Source of the DNA: Eledone cirrhosa
Taxonomy: Eukaryota
Assembly: GCA_964016885.1 (NCBI GenBank)
Contig: CAXHJY010001277.1
Coordinates: 1-45,614, forward strand
Direction: 5' to 3'
DNA length: 45,614 nucleotides
Shown: positions 12,803-24,002 of the stretch, in pieces
Position numbering within the stretch: position 1 is the first letter of the stretch
Layout: each line of letters starts with the position of its first letter
Program-made: the position numbers and the translations under genes
The notes under the pieces: generated by a model
Databases searched by the model: none
What the model was told of the DNA's origin: nothing
The model's input: the letters and a program-made list of their open reading frames with translations, nothing else

Positions 12803-12845
12803 GTCAAAGTTCTTTCGTCACACATTCTGTGACCTCTTCAGTGAC
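12803..12845 (-). ncRNA. Minimal type-I hammerhead ribozyme in a Penelope-like pLTR fragment
   Basis: Minus strand reads GTCA-CTGAAGA-G-GTCACA-gaatg-TGTGAC-GAAA-GAAC-TT-TGAC: canonical core, 6-bp helix II, 4-bp helix I; AATAAA downstream on the same strand (about 12715-12720). Confidence 0.75.
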
Positions 12846-12895
12846 TGGGGATTCTTTTCTTTGTTTTTGTGCCTCTCCTTTGTTCTGAAAATACA

Positions 12896-13058
12896 GCTGG
12901 ACTAAAAAGTCACACTCGTTCAGCGCATCGGTAGGGGTTCTCCTACATGGATATAAAGTAGTGGCCGTACTCGAAAACGAATTGGCAGCCACCATGTATG
13001 TATGTATGTATGTATGTATGTATGTATGTATGTATGTATGTATGTATGTACGTATGTA
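12896..13058 (+). mobile_element. 5'-truncated copy of the RTE-derived non-autonomous element with (TATG)n tail
   Basis: Near-identical to the 3' ends of 24003-24576 and 36353-36923. Confidence 0.9.
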
Positions 13059-13613
13059 TAATGTGCTGTGGTGGGAGAGAGATGAAGAAGAGAAAAACAG
13101 AGAAAATAGAAGCTATTGTCGATGTTGGCCTCGATGTCCGCCCATATTGAAAAGCTAATAAAATCATAGCTTATTATTAAAATAAATTAAGATTGGGTGT
13201 GTCGAAAATGATCGAGACAGAACGTTGAGGGATATGAAGTTCATAGAAAAATGGCAAACTGAAATGCGATAAAAATCTACCTCTTCCCCCTCTCATGCAT
13301 GTTGCTGTTACTATTTCTTCCGCTTATTACCACTACCATTGCTTCTTCAGCCCTAAAAATATACCTTTATGCTTGCCCGGGTAGGTGGATGGATAGGTAG
13401 GTAGATATATTGGTTGATAGATAAGTGTGAACGTTTTTGTTTCTACATATGGATGAATATTAGAGAAATTGATGGGATTGTATGAGAAGGTAGATAGAGA
13501 ACCACCACTTATTCTTATTGGCAACATGACCCTCCCAAATTATAACAATATCGGTTTCAACACACGTTTTCAGATAAAGAATCTTGCTAAACAAATTCAG
13601 AAACGAAATATAT

Positions 13614-13662
<49 letters not shown>

Positions 13663-13936
13663 GTTGCGGAATGTTTCGGTTACTTTCCGTGTAAGCGTGA
13701 GTCATCAATAGTTGAATCTAAAACAACACAAGACTAGTACTTAATGAGATCAAGCAAGACTATCAGCACGTAACGTTCCTGAATGCTGGTCACATTGGCG
13801 ACAATGGTATGTTTAGAAATCAATCTAAATTCAAATTCTTTCTCGTTCATATAACAAACCATAGTAGACATGATTGTAGGGGAAATTTTCTTTCTTTTTC
13901 TTTTTCATATTTATTGAATAATATATTATATTTTTC

Positions 13937-14135
<199 letters not shown>

Positions 14136-14523
14136 AATGGAAGGAATGAACCTCCGTCAGTTTCAACAATGAGTGTTCTATTTGTTCAAGTAAGTGGTTG
14201 GGTATTCCCCAGATATCTATAACCTTAACGTGATTCACGTCGATTCTCGACGTGACACAGCGTGTGACAAGGCGGTCTTTGAATTATAGGAGCAGTTCAT
14301 CGGTTGGGCTTCCAAATAGTCTCTGTCTGCACAAAAAAGGTAAAATTGGTTCTACAATTTATCTCCTATGTTTCAGTGTTGGTGACCCAGTCGGACTACT
14401 TGATATAAAAAATGTGTTTCAGACGACCGAAGGTGGAAGGCCTTGAGATGCCGCTCTTGTCTTATAACACAACCTATATATATATATATAGTAATAATAA
14501 TCTTCACATTTATTATTACTATA

Positions 14524-14772
14524 TCACCTTGATCACCTTGACCGACCAGTTTGTCGGGCGCCAATGGTCACAGCACGTCGTGCTGTTTTAGCCATAAGAT
14601 AACGCCATCGCACTGGCTGGGCGGGCAGGTACTCATTTCTACAGCTGAGTAAACTGGAGCAACGTGAAATAAAGTGTCTTGCTCAAGGAAACAACACATC
14701 ACCCGGTCCGAGAATTGAACTCACAACCTTTCGATTGCAAGTCCAATGCTTTAACCACTAAGCAATGCGCCT

Positions 14773-14775
<3 letters not shown>
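14524..14775 (-). mobile_element. SINE with family-B head and body but a different 3' part
   Basis: CTGGAGCAACGTGAAATAAAGTGTCTTGCTCAAGG..GAATTGAACTC..AACCACTAAGC is the reverse complement of the family B 5' half. Confidence 0.7.
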
Positions 14776-14776
<1 letters not shown>

Positions 14777-14846
<70 letters not shown>

Positions 14847-14927
14847 TACATATATATATACACATACATACATATATATATACATAATTATATATATATA
14901 CATATACATATATATATACATATACAT

Positions 14928-14991
<64 letters not shown>

Positions 14992-15073
14992 ATATATATA
15001 TACACATACATACATATATATATACATAATTATATATATATATACATATACATATATATATACATATACATAT

Positions 15074-15158
<85 letters not shown>

Positions 15159-15171
15159 CATATACATATAT
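14777..15171. repeat. (TA)n/(TACA)n microsatellite
   Basis: Direct reading; C variants on the + strand. Confidence 0.97.
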
Positions 15172-15173
15172 AA

Positions 15174-15374
15174 AATAAAAGCAAAAACAAAAACCATAAC
15201 CTACATAAAAATAACCACTACCACAGTCACCAACAGTCTTCTAAACAGGAAACTTCTTCCTCTTTTTTAGCCATAATGAATCTGGCAAAAGAACTGGAAA
15301 AAAACATTCGAGCTATCACCCAGCACCACCCTCCACTATCACCCCACTGCACAAACTCCCATTGCTGCCATTAA
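15174..15374 (+). CDS. Probable C-terminal remnant of LINE ORF1
   Basis: Open frame [12 protein letters not shown]...[27 protein letters not shown]...HCCH* directly upstream of and overlapping ORF2; truncated 5' by microsatellite; no homology test possible. Confidence 0.5.
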   Translation, partial: NKSKNKNHNLHKNNHYHSHQQSSKQETSSSFLAIMNLAKELEKNIRAITQHHPPLSPHCTNSHCCH

Positions 15375-18300
15375 CAAACAAACAAATTAACAACACACCA
15401 AAACAATTAAAACCATCCACTCTCGCCTCTACATTTTTGCTTAACGCCCAAGGCATCAGCCCTTCCACCAATACTCAAAAATGGAAGATCAAATTCCTGG
15501 AGGACTGGATTGATGTCCATCCAAACCACATCCCTTTCTTCGTCCTCACTGAAACCCATCTCAGTAACCTCCACTTGGAAGCCGAGGTGAAAGTGAAAAA
15601 TTTCAAAGCCATCCGTGCTGATCGCGCTGGCAGAAGAAAGGGCGGAACTGCCATTTATGTCCATAATTCTTTCTCAACAGAGGCTATGAACATATTCACT
15701 AATGGATACTGTGAGGCAGTCACTGTATTCAGTCAAACCAACAACCTATTAGTAGTTGGGCTCTATAGGCCACCCCAAACGCCTGTACCATGCTTCAAGG
15801 AATGCCTCAACAGCATAAAGTGTTTCATCCAAGAGTGTCACCCTGACAACATCTTAATGATGGGGGACTTCAACCTCCCCGGAGTTGACTGGTCCACAAA
15901 CACCCTGCCACCAGGTTCTTCTGCCTCAACCTCTGACAGGGAAGCTGTGGAATCGCTTCTTGACTTCATGGATGATTTCTTCCTATCCCAACTAGTGCTC
16001 GAACCAACGAGGTGCCACAAAAACGTCCTAGACTTAATTTTCAGCAATCACACTGACAATATCCACAATATTGCAGTGGAGAAAACTCTACTCTCTGATC
16101 ATGACATGGTTCTCTGTGATCTGAGATTCCACCGTCCAATATATAAACCCAATGTCATTTCTCCTGTCCATCCGTTTGACGCTATGGATTTCCACAATGC
16201 AAACTGGGAAGCGATCAGTCATGATCTTGCACATGTCGACTGGTCCTTCACGCACACTCATACACCCACTAACATCAAAAAGTCCTGGCAGACATTTGTG
16301 GACACTGTTACAAACATATGTGCTAAACACACCCCATTAAGAACTATAAACAAATCTAAGAGCAGAATCCCTAGAAATAGAAAAACGCTCATCAGAAAAA
16401 TTAAGAGAACGAACAAAAAAATCAACAAGCTGAAATACTGTCAGCAGCAACACATCAACTTGACTGCCATTTCATCACTAGAGATTAAAAAACATAACCT
16501 CCAAAACAACATAATGTCCCTCATCAACAATCAGAGAAGAGCTGAAGAGGCCTGGGCCATTGAGAAGATCAAACTCAATCCCAAAGTGTTCTTTTCATTT
16601 GCAAAAAAACACAAAATCACTGGCTCTACTGTTGGCCCTCTAATTGATGAAAATGGCACTCTTCAAGACAATGCTAAAACCATGGGTGAGATACTGCAGA
16701 AACAATACTGCTCTGTTTTCAGCAATCCTGATATGGCCGATCTGGGCTGTATCGGCGATGTTACTCCCCATTACACCTTATCGGACATAACGTTTGGCGC
16801 CCCTGATGTCTTGGCGGCAATAAAGGAAATCAAGCATAATTCAGCAGTAGGTCCCGATAGGTTCCCTGCTTGTGTCTTGAAGGCGTGTCAACACCAACTT
16901 GCTTCTCCTCTTGCCAATCTGTGGCGGAACTCACTGGATGCTGGATATGTGCCAGAAAACCTTCTATCCCAGTCTGTTGTCCCAGTTTTCAAAAAGGGAA
17001 ACAAATCCCTTGCCGTGAATTACCGTCCAATCTCACTCACCTCTCATATCATTAAGGTATTTGAGCGAGTGGTGAGATCGCGAATGACCCACTTCCTTGA
17101 GAGTAACAATATGCTGAACTCCAACCAGCATGGATTCCGTAATGGAAGGGATTGCCTGACGCAACTACTGCATCACTTTGATGACATTTTGAGAGCCTTG
17201 GGAGAGGGTTCCAACACTGATGTTATCTACCTTGATTTCAGCAAGGCCTTTGACAGGGTTGATCATAACATTCTACTGAGAAAGCTGTCCAATATTGGTG
17301 TCACTGGAAAGCTGCTGCAGTGGATCAAGAGCTTCCTGTCAAACAGAACCCAACATGTTGTAGTTGAGGGAGTCAAATCAAGCCCAGCCAAAGTCAGTAG
17401 TGGAGTCCCACAAGGCACTGTGTTGGGCCCACTTCTCTTCATCATCTATATTAATGACATCACTGACATCATCAAACACAGCAACATTAAAATTTTCGCT
17501 GATGATTCCAAGCTCCAAAAGGTCATCAATGGCGTGGATGACCGGATAAGCCTTCAGTCAGACCTACTGGCTGTTACCCAATGGGCAGAAAAGAACAACA
17601 TGTTACTGAACGAAGACAAATTCGAACTGATCCACTTTGGAAAAGAGGATGCTCTGAAACTCCCGTACTCCCTTCCCTCCGGGGAAACTCTCGTGGCATC
17701 TAACAACATCAGAGACTTGGGAGTAACCGTGGACAGCAACATAAGCTGGACCACGCATATAAGCAGCAAAGTTGACATGGCCCGCAGAATGTGTTCCTGG
17801 ATCCTCAGAACCTTCCAGTCGAGAGATTCCCGTACCATTATCCTTCTCTTCTCTACTTTCGCCCGACCACACCTTGAATACTGTTGTCCACTGTGGTCTC
17901 CCCACACGAAACAAAGTATCATGAAACTTGAAGCTCCTCAAAGGGCAATCACGAAAAAGATAGATGGCATGTCAGACCTTGACTACTGGGGTCGATTGGA
18001 AAACCTGAAACTTTACTCACTCCAACGTCGCCGTGAGCGTTATATTATCTGCATGATGTGGAAAATGTTCCATCATCACTGCCCAAATGATGTTGGCATC
18101 GCCTTCAAGATACACCCAAGGCTTGGGCCCCGTGCTATCCGTCCCATTCAAAAATCTAAATCGCAACTCATAACAACAATACGGCACAATTATTTCACCT
18201 CAATCGGCCCTGCTCTCTTCAACATCACACCAGGACACGTCAAAACAGAAACTGACCACACAAAATTCAAGAAGTCTTTGGACAAATTCCTCCAAGTAAT

Positions 18301-18382
18301 CCCGGACAAACCACCCACACCCGGATATGTCTCCGCAAACAGTAATTCTCTTCTCGAATGGGCCATGGTGCCCAAATCCTGA
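15362..18382 (+). CDS. LINE ORF2: apurinic-like endonuclease plus reverse transcriptase (CR1 clade)
   Basis: EN motifs LNAQG, LTETHL, GGTAIYV, YRPP, GDFN, LDL, SDH; RT motifs YRPISLTS, QHGF, YLDFSKAFDRVDH, GVPQGTVLGP, FADD, RDLGV; CR1-type RPHLEYC..WSP and SLQRRR. The frame is open from 15245 and the listed start codon is TTG, not ATG. Confidence 0.97.
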   Translation: MLPLTNKQINNTPKQLKPSTLASTFLLNAQGISPSTNTQKWKIKFLEDWIDVHPNHIPFFVLTETHLSNLHLEAEVKVKNFKAIRADRAGRRKGGTAIYVHNSFSTEAMNIFTNGYCEAVTVFSQTNNLLVVGLYRPPQTPVPCFKECLNSIKCFIQECHPDNILMMGDFNLPGVDWSTNTLPPGSSASTSDREAVESLLDFMDDFFLSQLVLEPTRCHKNVLDLIFSNHTDNIHNIAVEKTLLSDHDMVLCDLRFHRPIYKPNVISPVHPFDAMDFHNANWEAISHDLAHVDWSFTHTHTPTNIKKSWQTFVDTVTNICAKHTPLRTINKSKSRIPRNRKTLIRKIKRTNKKINKLKYCQQQHINLTAISSLEIKKHNLQNNIMSLINNQRRAEEAWAIEKIKLNPKVFFSFAKKHKITGSTVGPLIDENGTLQDNAKTMGEILQKQYCSVFSNPDMADLGCIGDVTPHYTLSDITFGAPDVLAAIKEIKHNSAVGPDRFPACVLKACQHQLASPLANLWRNSLDAGYVPENLLSQSVVPVFKKGNKSLAVNYRPISLTSHIIKVFERVVRSRMTHFLESNNMLNSNQHGFRNGRDCLTQLLHHFDDILRALGEGSNTDVIYLDFSKAFDRVDHNILLRKLSNIGVTGKLLQWIKSFLSNRTQHVVVEGVKSSPAKVSSGVPQGTVLGPLLFIIYINDITDIIKHSNIKIFADDSKLQKVINGVDDRISLQSDLLAVTQWAEKNNMLLNEDKFELIHFGKEDALKLPYSLPSGETLVASNNIRDLGVTVDSNISWTTHISSKVDMARRMCSWILRTFQSRDSRTIILLFSTFARPHLEYCCPLWSPHTKQSIMKLEAPQRAITKKIDGMSDLDYWGRLENLKLYSLQRRRERYIICMMWKMFHHHCPNDVGIAFKIHPRLGPRAIRPIQKSKSQLITTIRHNYFTSIGPALFNITPGHVKTETDHTKFKKSLDKFLQVIPDKPPTPGYVSANSNSLLEWAMVPKS

Positions 18383-18767
18383 ATTGAAAGACTTCGCCAG
18401 GTGGTGCTATTAAGTTAGACATGGCCTGGGCCAATACTGGCCAAAACATTTCAAAGTTATTCAAAGTTATATAAATTAGAAATTATAAGCTTTCACCGTA
18501 TTTTAGACTAAAGAAATTTCTAGCCTGATAGTGGGGTTTATAACCCTCGGAGAAATGGAAAAAGATGAGTGTTGCCGTACATGTAGAGCAAACATCACGG
18601 GCGCTCTATCTCAAAATTATTTTTGAAAAGCATTAGAAATGCGCAACCGGTAAAAGTTTAAAACCAAAACTGAATACTAACCAATACTATTACTAATTTT
18701 TGCTTATTCCTAATTAAACTATTTTTCACTGGGAACAATTTGTCAGCATTTTCTCTTCCGTTTACCA

Positions 18768-18799
<32 letters not shown>

Positions 18800-21365
18800 T
18801 TCACATTTATTATTACTATATTTAGAGATTATTTTATAACCTTCTCGTTCGTTTTCTAAAATAACCTTCTCGTTTGTTTAATTATGGCCGAAATTCTAGG
18901 ATTTTATAAAATAGCCTTCCTGCTCCCTCCTATTCTTTACCCCCCCCCCCCCCTATATATATCGTATACGCGCCAGCTGGTTCTCTCTCTCAATCCCTTC
19001 TTTCTCTCTCCAAATATAAAATAAACCTGTTGCGAGGTACGAAACTCAGAATTTGTCAATCCCTTATTACTGGCAAGACTGCTCGCTCCTCTGTGAAATG
19101 TAATGTACAACGCCATTTTTTTCTCTTCTCTCCATCTTCCCCAGTCCATTCATCTATCCGTATCATCGTCCAGAATCCAATCTTTGCTTTTTTTCAATGC
19201 TATTCTATAATTCTGTCTGATTGTTCAAAATAATCTTCTTGTTTTTTAAAATCCCATAATTCTTCTCTTATTACTGTTATATGCTTGTTCAATTATGCCC
19301 AACATTCGAGGATTTTATTTAAACCTTCTCGCTAACTAACCCATACACCTCCTCCACTCGCCACCAAAATGCAAGGGTCCCTCCTATTTATTTCGGCCGC
19401 GGATGGCCAACATAACCCCATCGCCCTCACCCCTCCCTGCGCCCCCACCGTTCCCACCCATCAAACGCAATCCAAAACTTCAGAGTTGGTACCATGAATG
19501 TAGGCACCTTAAAAGGTCGATTCATTGTAGGTAAAAGACGATGCGATAAGCTTTTCTGGGTGGGAAATGACAATGGGCTGGGTGGAGTAGGAATCATGCT
19601 AGCTGAAAAATGGGCAGATAAGATAATAGACGTAAATAGAGTGAACGACAGAATAATTAAAATAAGACTTGTCCTAAATAGAACAACTGTGACAATAATA
19701 TCTGCGTACGCACCCCAATCCGGACTGCCTGGCGTTATAAAAGACAGATTCTATGAGTCATTAATGCTCACTCCCTCCCAAATAACCGACAGTGACTACA
19801 TAGTTATTGCTGGCGACCTAAATGGTCACGTTGGACAACATTGTGACGGCTATGACGGAATCCATGGAGGCTATGGGTTTGGTACTAGAAATGAGGAAGG
19901 CTCCAGAATCCTGGAATTCTGTGACGCAAATAACCTAACTATCTGTAACACTAACTTCAAAAAACGAGACAATCACTTGATCACCTAGAGATCAGGGGAA
20001 CACGCCAGTCAGATAAATTATATCCTTACCAGAAGACGTGACAGAGTGTCTGTTGTAAACACTAAATCCCTCCCCCATGAAGAATGCACCTCCCAACATA
20101 GACTCATAGTTAGCGACCTCATAGTCAGGACAAGACGTACTCGACAACAGAGGACTATCCTCAGGAGAAAAATATGGAAGCTAAAGGACCCCACAGCCAT
20201 TAATAAATTTAAAAGCATATTACTTGATGCTTTTGACAGTAAGGAAGAGCAATTAGAGTCGTACAATATAGAGGAACAGTGGGAATTCCTGAAAGCTAAC
20301 CTGCTGAAGGCGACAGATGAAGTCTGAGGCTGGAGCAGACCTATAGGCAGGAGGAGAGTAACGTGGTGGTGGAACAGTAAGGTGGAGGAGTCAATCAAGG
20401 CCAAAAAGCAGACTTGGAAAGTATGGCGGGATGGGGGAAATAGAGAAGACTATCAAGTGGCCAGGAGGGAAGCTAGGAGACAAGTGTACATTGCAAGAAG
20501 GGAAGCAGAGGAAAGAAAGTTCAAGCATGTTCTACAACGCGAGGACCAAAAACGTGAGGTGTTCAGGATTGCGAGACAATCTGTCAAGGAGAACCGTGAT
20601 ATTGTCGGGGAGAAGTGTATCCGTAATGATGATGGTGTACTTGCCATCACTGACGCTGATAAGAAGGTAGCTTGGAAGTGTCACTACAAAAGGCTACTAA
20701 ATGAGGAGAATAAATGGGAGAAAGACAGTCTCCCCCACATCGATCCAATAGAGGGACCAGCAGTGCAAGTTGAAGGTAGTATAAGTAAGGCAATCAAAGA
20801 TATGAAGACGAGCAAGGCGGCTGGGCCTTCGGAAATAGTTGCTGAAATGCTGAAAGCATCTGGAACGGTGGGACACACTATGGTCACCCGGATAGTAAAC
20901 CCAGTCATACAGAATGGGGTCGTACCGAAGGACTGGCGTAGCAGCATCATCATTAACTGCTACAAGGGTAAAGGAGATGCCCTAGATAGGGGAAACTATA
21001 GAGGCATTAAATTTATTGACCAGGTCATGAAGGTCACAGAAAAAGTAATAGCGCAAATAATCAGAGAGCGAATTGATCTGGATGAAATGCAGTTCGGGTT
21101 TGTGTCATGTAAAAGTACCACAGACGCTCTTTTCATTGTACGACAACTGCAGGAGAAGTACCTAGCTAAAAGTAAACCCCTCTACTTAGCTTTTGTAGAC
21201 CTGGAGAAAGCCTTTGACAGAGTCCCACGCCCCATTATCTGGTGGGCTCTCAGAAAACTAGGTGTTGATGAATGGCTTGTGAGCGATATACAAGCCATGT
21301 ATAAAGAAACAGTCAGCAAGGTTAGAATTAACAACGAATATAGTGAAGAGTTTAGCGTAAAAGTT

Positions 21366-22336
21366 TGTAGCAAGAGATGCCTCCCTTGTCATGACAATCT
21401 CATCACCGCTCTCTAGACAGGAAGTAGCTGGAGTTGCTTCCCTTTGGGATTGACAGACTCCCTGTTGGTCACTTCCAGTCACCTCCTATAATAGGAACAG
21501 GTCACCACCATATCTCTCTCTTGCCTCCTGATTTCCGAAGTGGTAACACCTGCGACCTTAGCTTGACATGATTCATTTTTGATAATCCTTCTCTTACTTT
21601 TATTACATTGTACCATAATTTTCATGCCTCTTACATGCTCGCCATCTTACTCCATGCATGCTTCTTTCGATTTTTATGTTTTAAAAATCTGGCGGGAGAT
21701 AATGTAGCAAGAGTTGCCTCCCTTGTCATGACAATCTCATCACCGCTCTCTAGACAGGAAGTAGCTGGAGTTGCTTCCCTTTGGGATTGACAGACTCCCT
21801 GTTGGTCACTTCCGGTCACCTATGAAAGGAACAAGCCACCACGATATCTCTCTCTTGCCTCCTGATTTCCGAAGTGGTAACACCTGCGACCTTAGCTTGA
21901 GATGATTCATTTTTGATAATCCTTCGCTACCAAGAACAATGCAACTTGCAGCCTAAGAGCCTAAGATGTTAATACCAGCTAGAAAAGATCTCTTCTTTTC
22001 TCTACCAACTTCAACCTGGAGTTGTGACCATCGGGTAACGAATCCTTAATATTTAATACCTTTGACTTCTATGAACTAACGGCGAATTGGCAGTATCGGT
22101 AGAGGGTCGGACGTCATGCTTTGTAGCATAGTGTTTCGGCTTTTTATGATCTGAGTTCAAATCCCACCGAGGTTAACTTTGCCTTTCATCCTTACGAGGT
22201 CGATAAAATAAAGTACCAGTAATGCACTGGGGTAATTGCTGGCCTTGTGTCAAAAGTAGAAATAATTATTACAACACACACCGGTATTTACTGTCTTTTA
22301 TAATAATTTTGTGTGCACCGATACTAATCTCCTAAA
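21366..22336 (+). mobile_element. LTR-retrotransposon deletion derivative nested in the RTE RT gene
   Basis: Direct repeats starting TGTAGCAAG at 21366-21591 and 21703-21925; purine tract GGCGGGAGATAA before the second; junctions share TAAAAGTT (21358-21365 and 22333-22340); the RT frame FSVK-VGVHQG is restored on removal. Confidence 0.7.
22081..22270 (+). mobile_element. SINE family A nested inside the LTR remnant
   Basis: TTGGCAGTATCGG..GAGTTCAAATCCC..GTAGAAATAATTATT. Confidence 0.85.
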
Positions 22337-23915
22337 AGTTGGTGTTCATCAGGGCTCCGTTCTTAGTTAGCCCTCTCCTATTTATTATTGCCCTTCAGGC
22401 TATAGCAGAGGAGTTCAAGACCGGCTGCCCATGGGAACTCCTATACGCTGATGATCTAACGCTTATAGCTGAATCAATGGCTGAACTAGAGAAGAAATTC
22501 CAAACATGGAAGCATGGCCTAGAATCAAAAGGCCTTAAAATTAACCTGTCTAAGACTAAAGTTCTAGTATGTAGGAAGGAAAATAGGGCACTCGTCCCAT
22601 CTGGGAAATGGCCATGCTCAGTGTGTAGGAAAGGAGTAAGCAGAAACTCCATTTTATGTCCCAAATGCAAAGTATGGGTGCATAAAAGATGTAGTGGGAT
22701 CACAGGTAAGCTAACTAAGAATATAGATTTTATATGTGGCCTGTGCTCAGGTGCAATAGGTAGCAGCAAGTACCCACAGAATACTAGCCCATTCCATTGC
22801 ACAGATGGTTCTATAGAAATAGTGGACACCTTCCGTTACTTGGGTGACAAAATCAGCAGTGGTGGAGGGTGCCCTGATAGTACAGTAGCTAGAGTCAGAA
22901 CGGGATGGAAAAGGCTCAGACAGCTTATACCACTATTGGCCGCTAAAAGGTTTCTCTCTAAAAATAAAAGGCAGGCTGTATGATGCCTGCATCCGAACAG
23001 TAATGTTACATGGCAGTGAGACATGGGCATTGTGTGCAGAGGATCTACGCAGACTGGAGAGGAACAAAGCTTGCATGCTCCGTTGAATGTGTAATAGTAA
23101 TATACGTGAACGGCAAAGCATAAATGAATTAAGTGAGAAATTAGGAATAAGAGGGATCAGATGCTGTTTACTTGAGAGAAGACTACGTTGGTATGGTCAC
23201 GTGATGCGCATGAAAGACGACAGCTGTATAAAAAAGTGCAGGACGATAAAAATAGACGGTAGCCACGGAGTAGGCAGACCCAGAAAAACCTGGGACGACT
23301 TGATAAATTCCGACCTCACACGCTTACACCTCTCCAAGACAATGTCACTGGACCGAGATCTTTGGCGCTACGCAGTAATACAGAAGACCCGCCTTGCCTA
23401 AGTGCAAAGCGAAACCTACAGTCAGTAGGCACCTCTTACCAAAATACACGCTGTCCCACTACCCCCACCCCATCCACACCCTTCGATGTAAAGTTATGTT
23501 GGTACCACAACATCCAGTCCTAAATAAATGAGGTCGTGTAGGTGTCACGACAAAAAAACACACAGTCCACGCTGTAATGTGGCCGTGTAGGTAACACGGT
23601 AAAAACCTCCCAGTCCACACTGTAAACGTGGATGGGTGTTAGGAAGGGCATCCAGCTGTAGAAAACCCGCCAGACAGTCCTATACGAGTAAGACAACCAA
23701 TCTTGCCTCAAGTGGGAAAATTCCCGTCCAAACCCATGCTAGCGTGGAAGATGGACGTTAAACGATGATGATGATGATATAGTCAGTCGATCGACTTTCG
23801 TCAAATCGGACCGATGTATGTATGTATGTATGTATGTATATATATATATGTATGTATAAGTATGTATATATGGGAAATGAAATTTCGTTTCATTTTTTCC
23901 GTTTATATATGTATG

Positions 23916-23947
<32 letters not shown>

Positions 23948-24002
23948 TGTATGTATGTATGTATGTATGTATGTATGTATGTATGTATGTATATATATGT
24001 AT

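Larger units (their letters stand above)
12594..13604. repeat. Inverted repeat pair with about 93-bp arms
   Basis: 12594-12686 versus the reverse complement of 13512-13604, few mismatches; both outer flanks near (TA)n. Confidence 0.88.
15172..18469 (+). mobile_element. Young CR1-clade LINE, 5'-truncated within ORF1, intact ORF2
   Basis: APE-RT ORF, short 3' UTR with GGCCA-ATAC-TGGCC stem-loop and (TTCAAAGTTA)2 tail; near-identical copies at 40185-42070 and 45220-45614. Confidence 0.95.
19400..23778 (+). mobile_element. Decayed near-full-length RTE-type LINE (EN, RT, PHD finger) interrupted by a nested insertion
   Basis: RVGTMNVGTL, ISAYAPQ, GDLNGHVG, GNYRGIK, QFGF, FVDLEKAFDRVPR, [insert], KVGVHQGSVL, LYADD, FRYLG, RLRWYGHV; several stops and frameshifts; (GAT)n tail at 23764-23778; 5' boundary approximate. 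Confidence 0.92.

Noticed and set aside
13660-13712. Minus-strand TTGATGA...CCGAAAC hammerhead-like motif
   Set aside because: Helices I and II do not close convincingly
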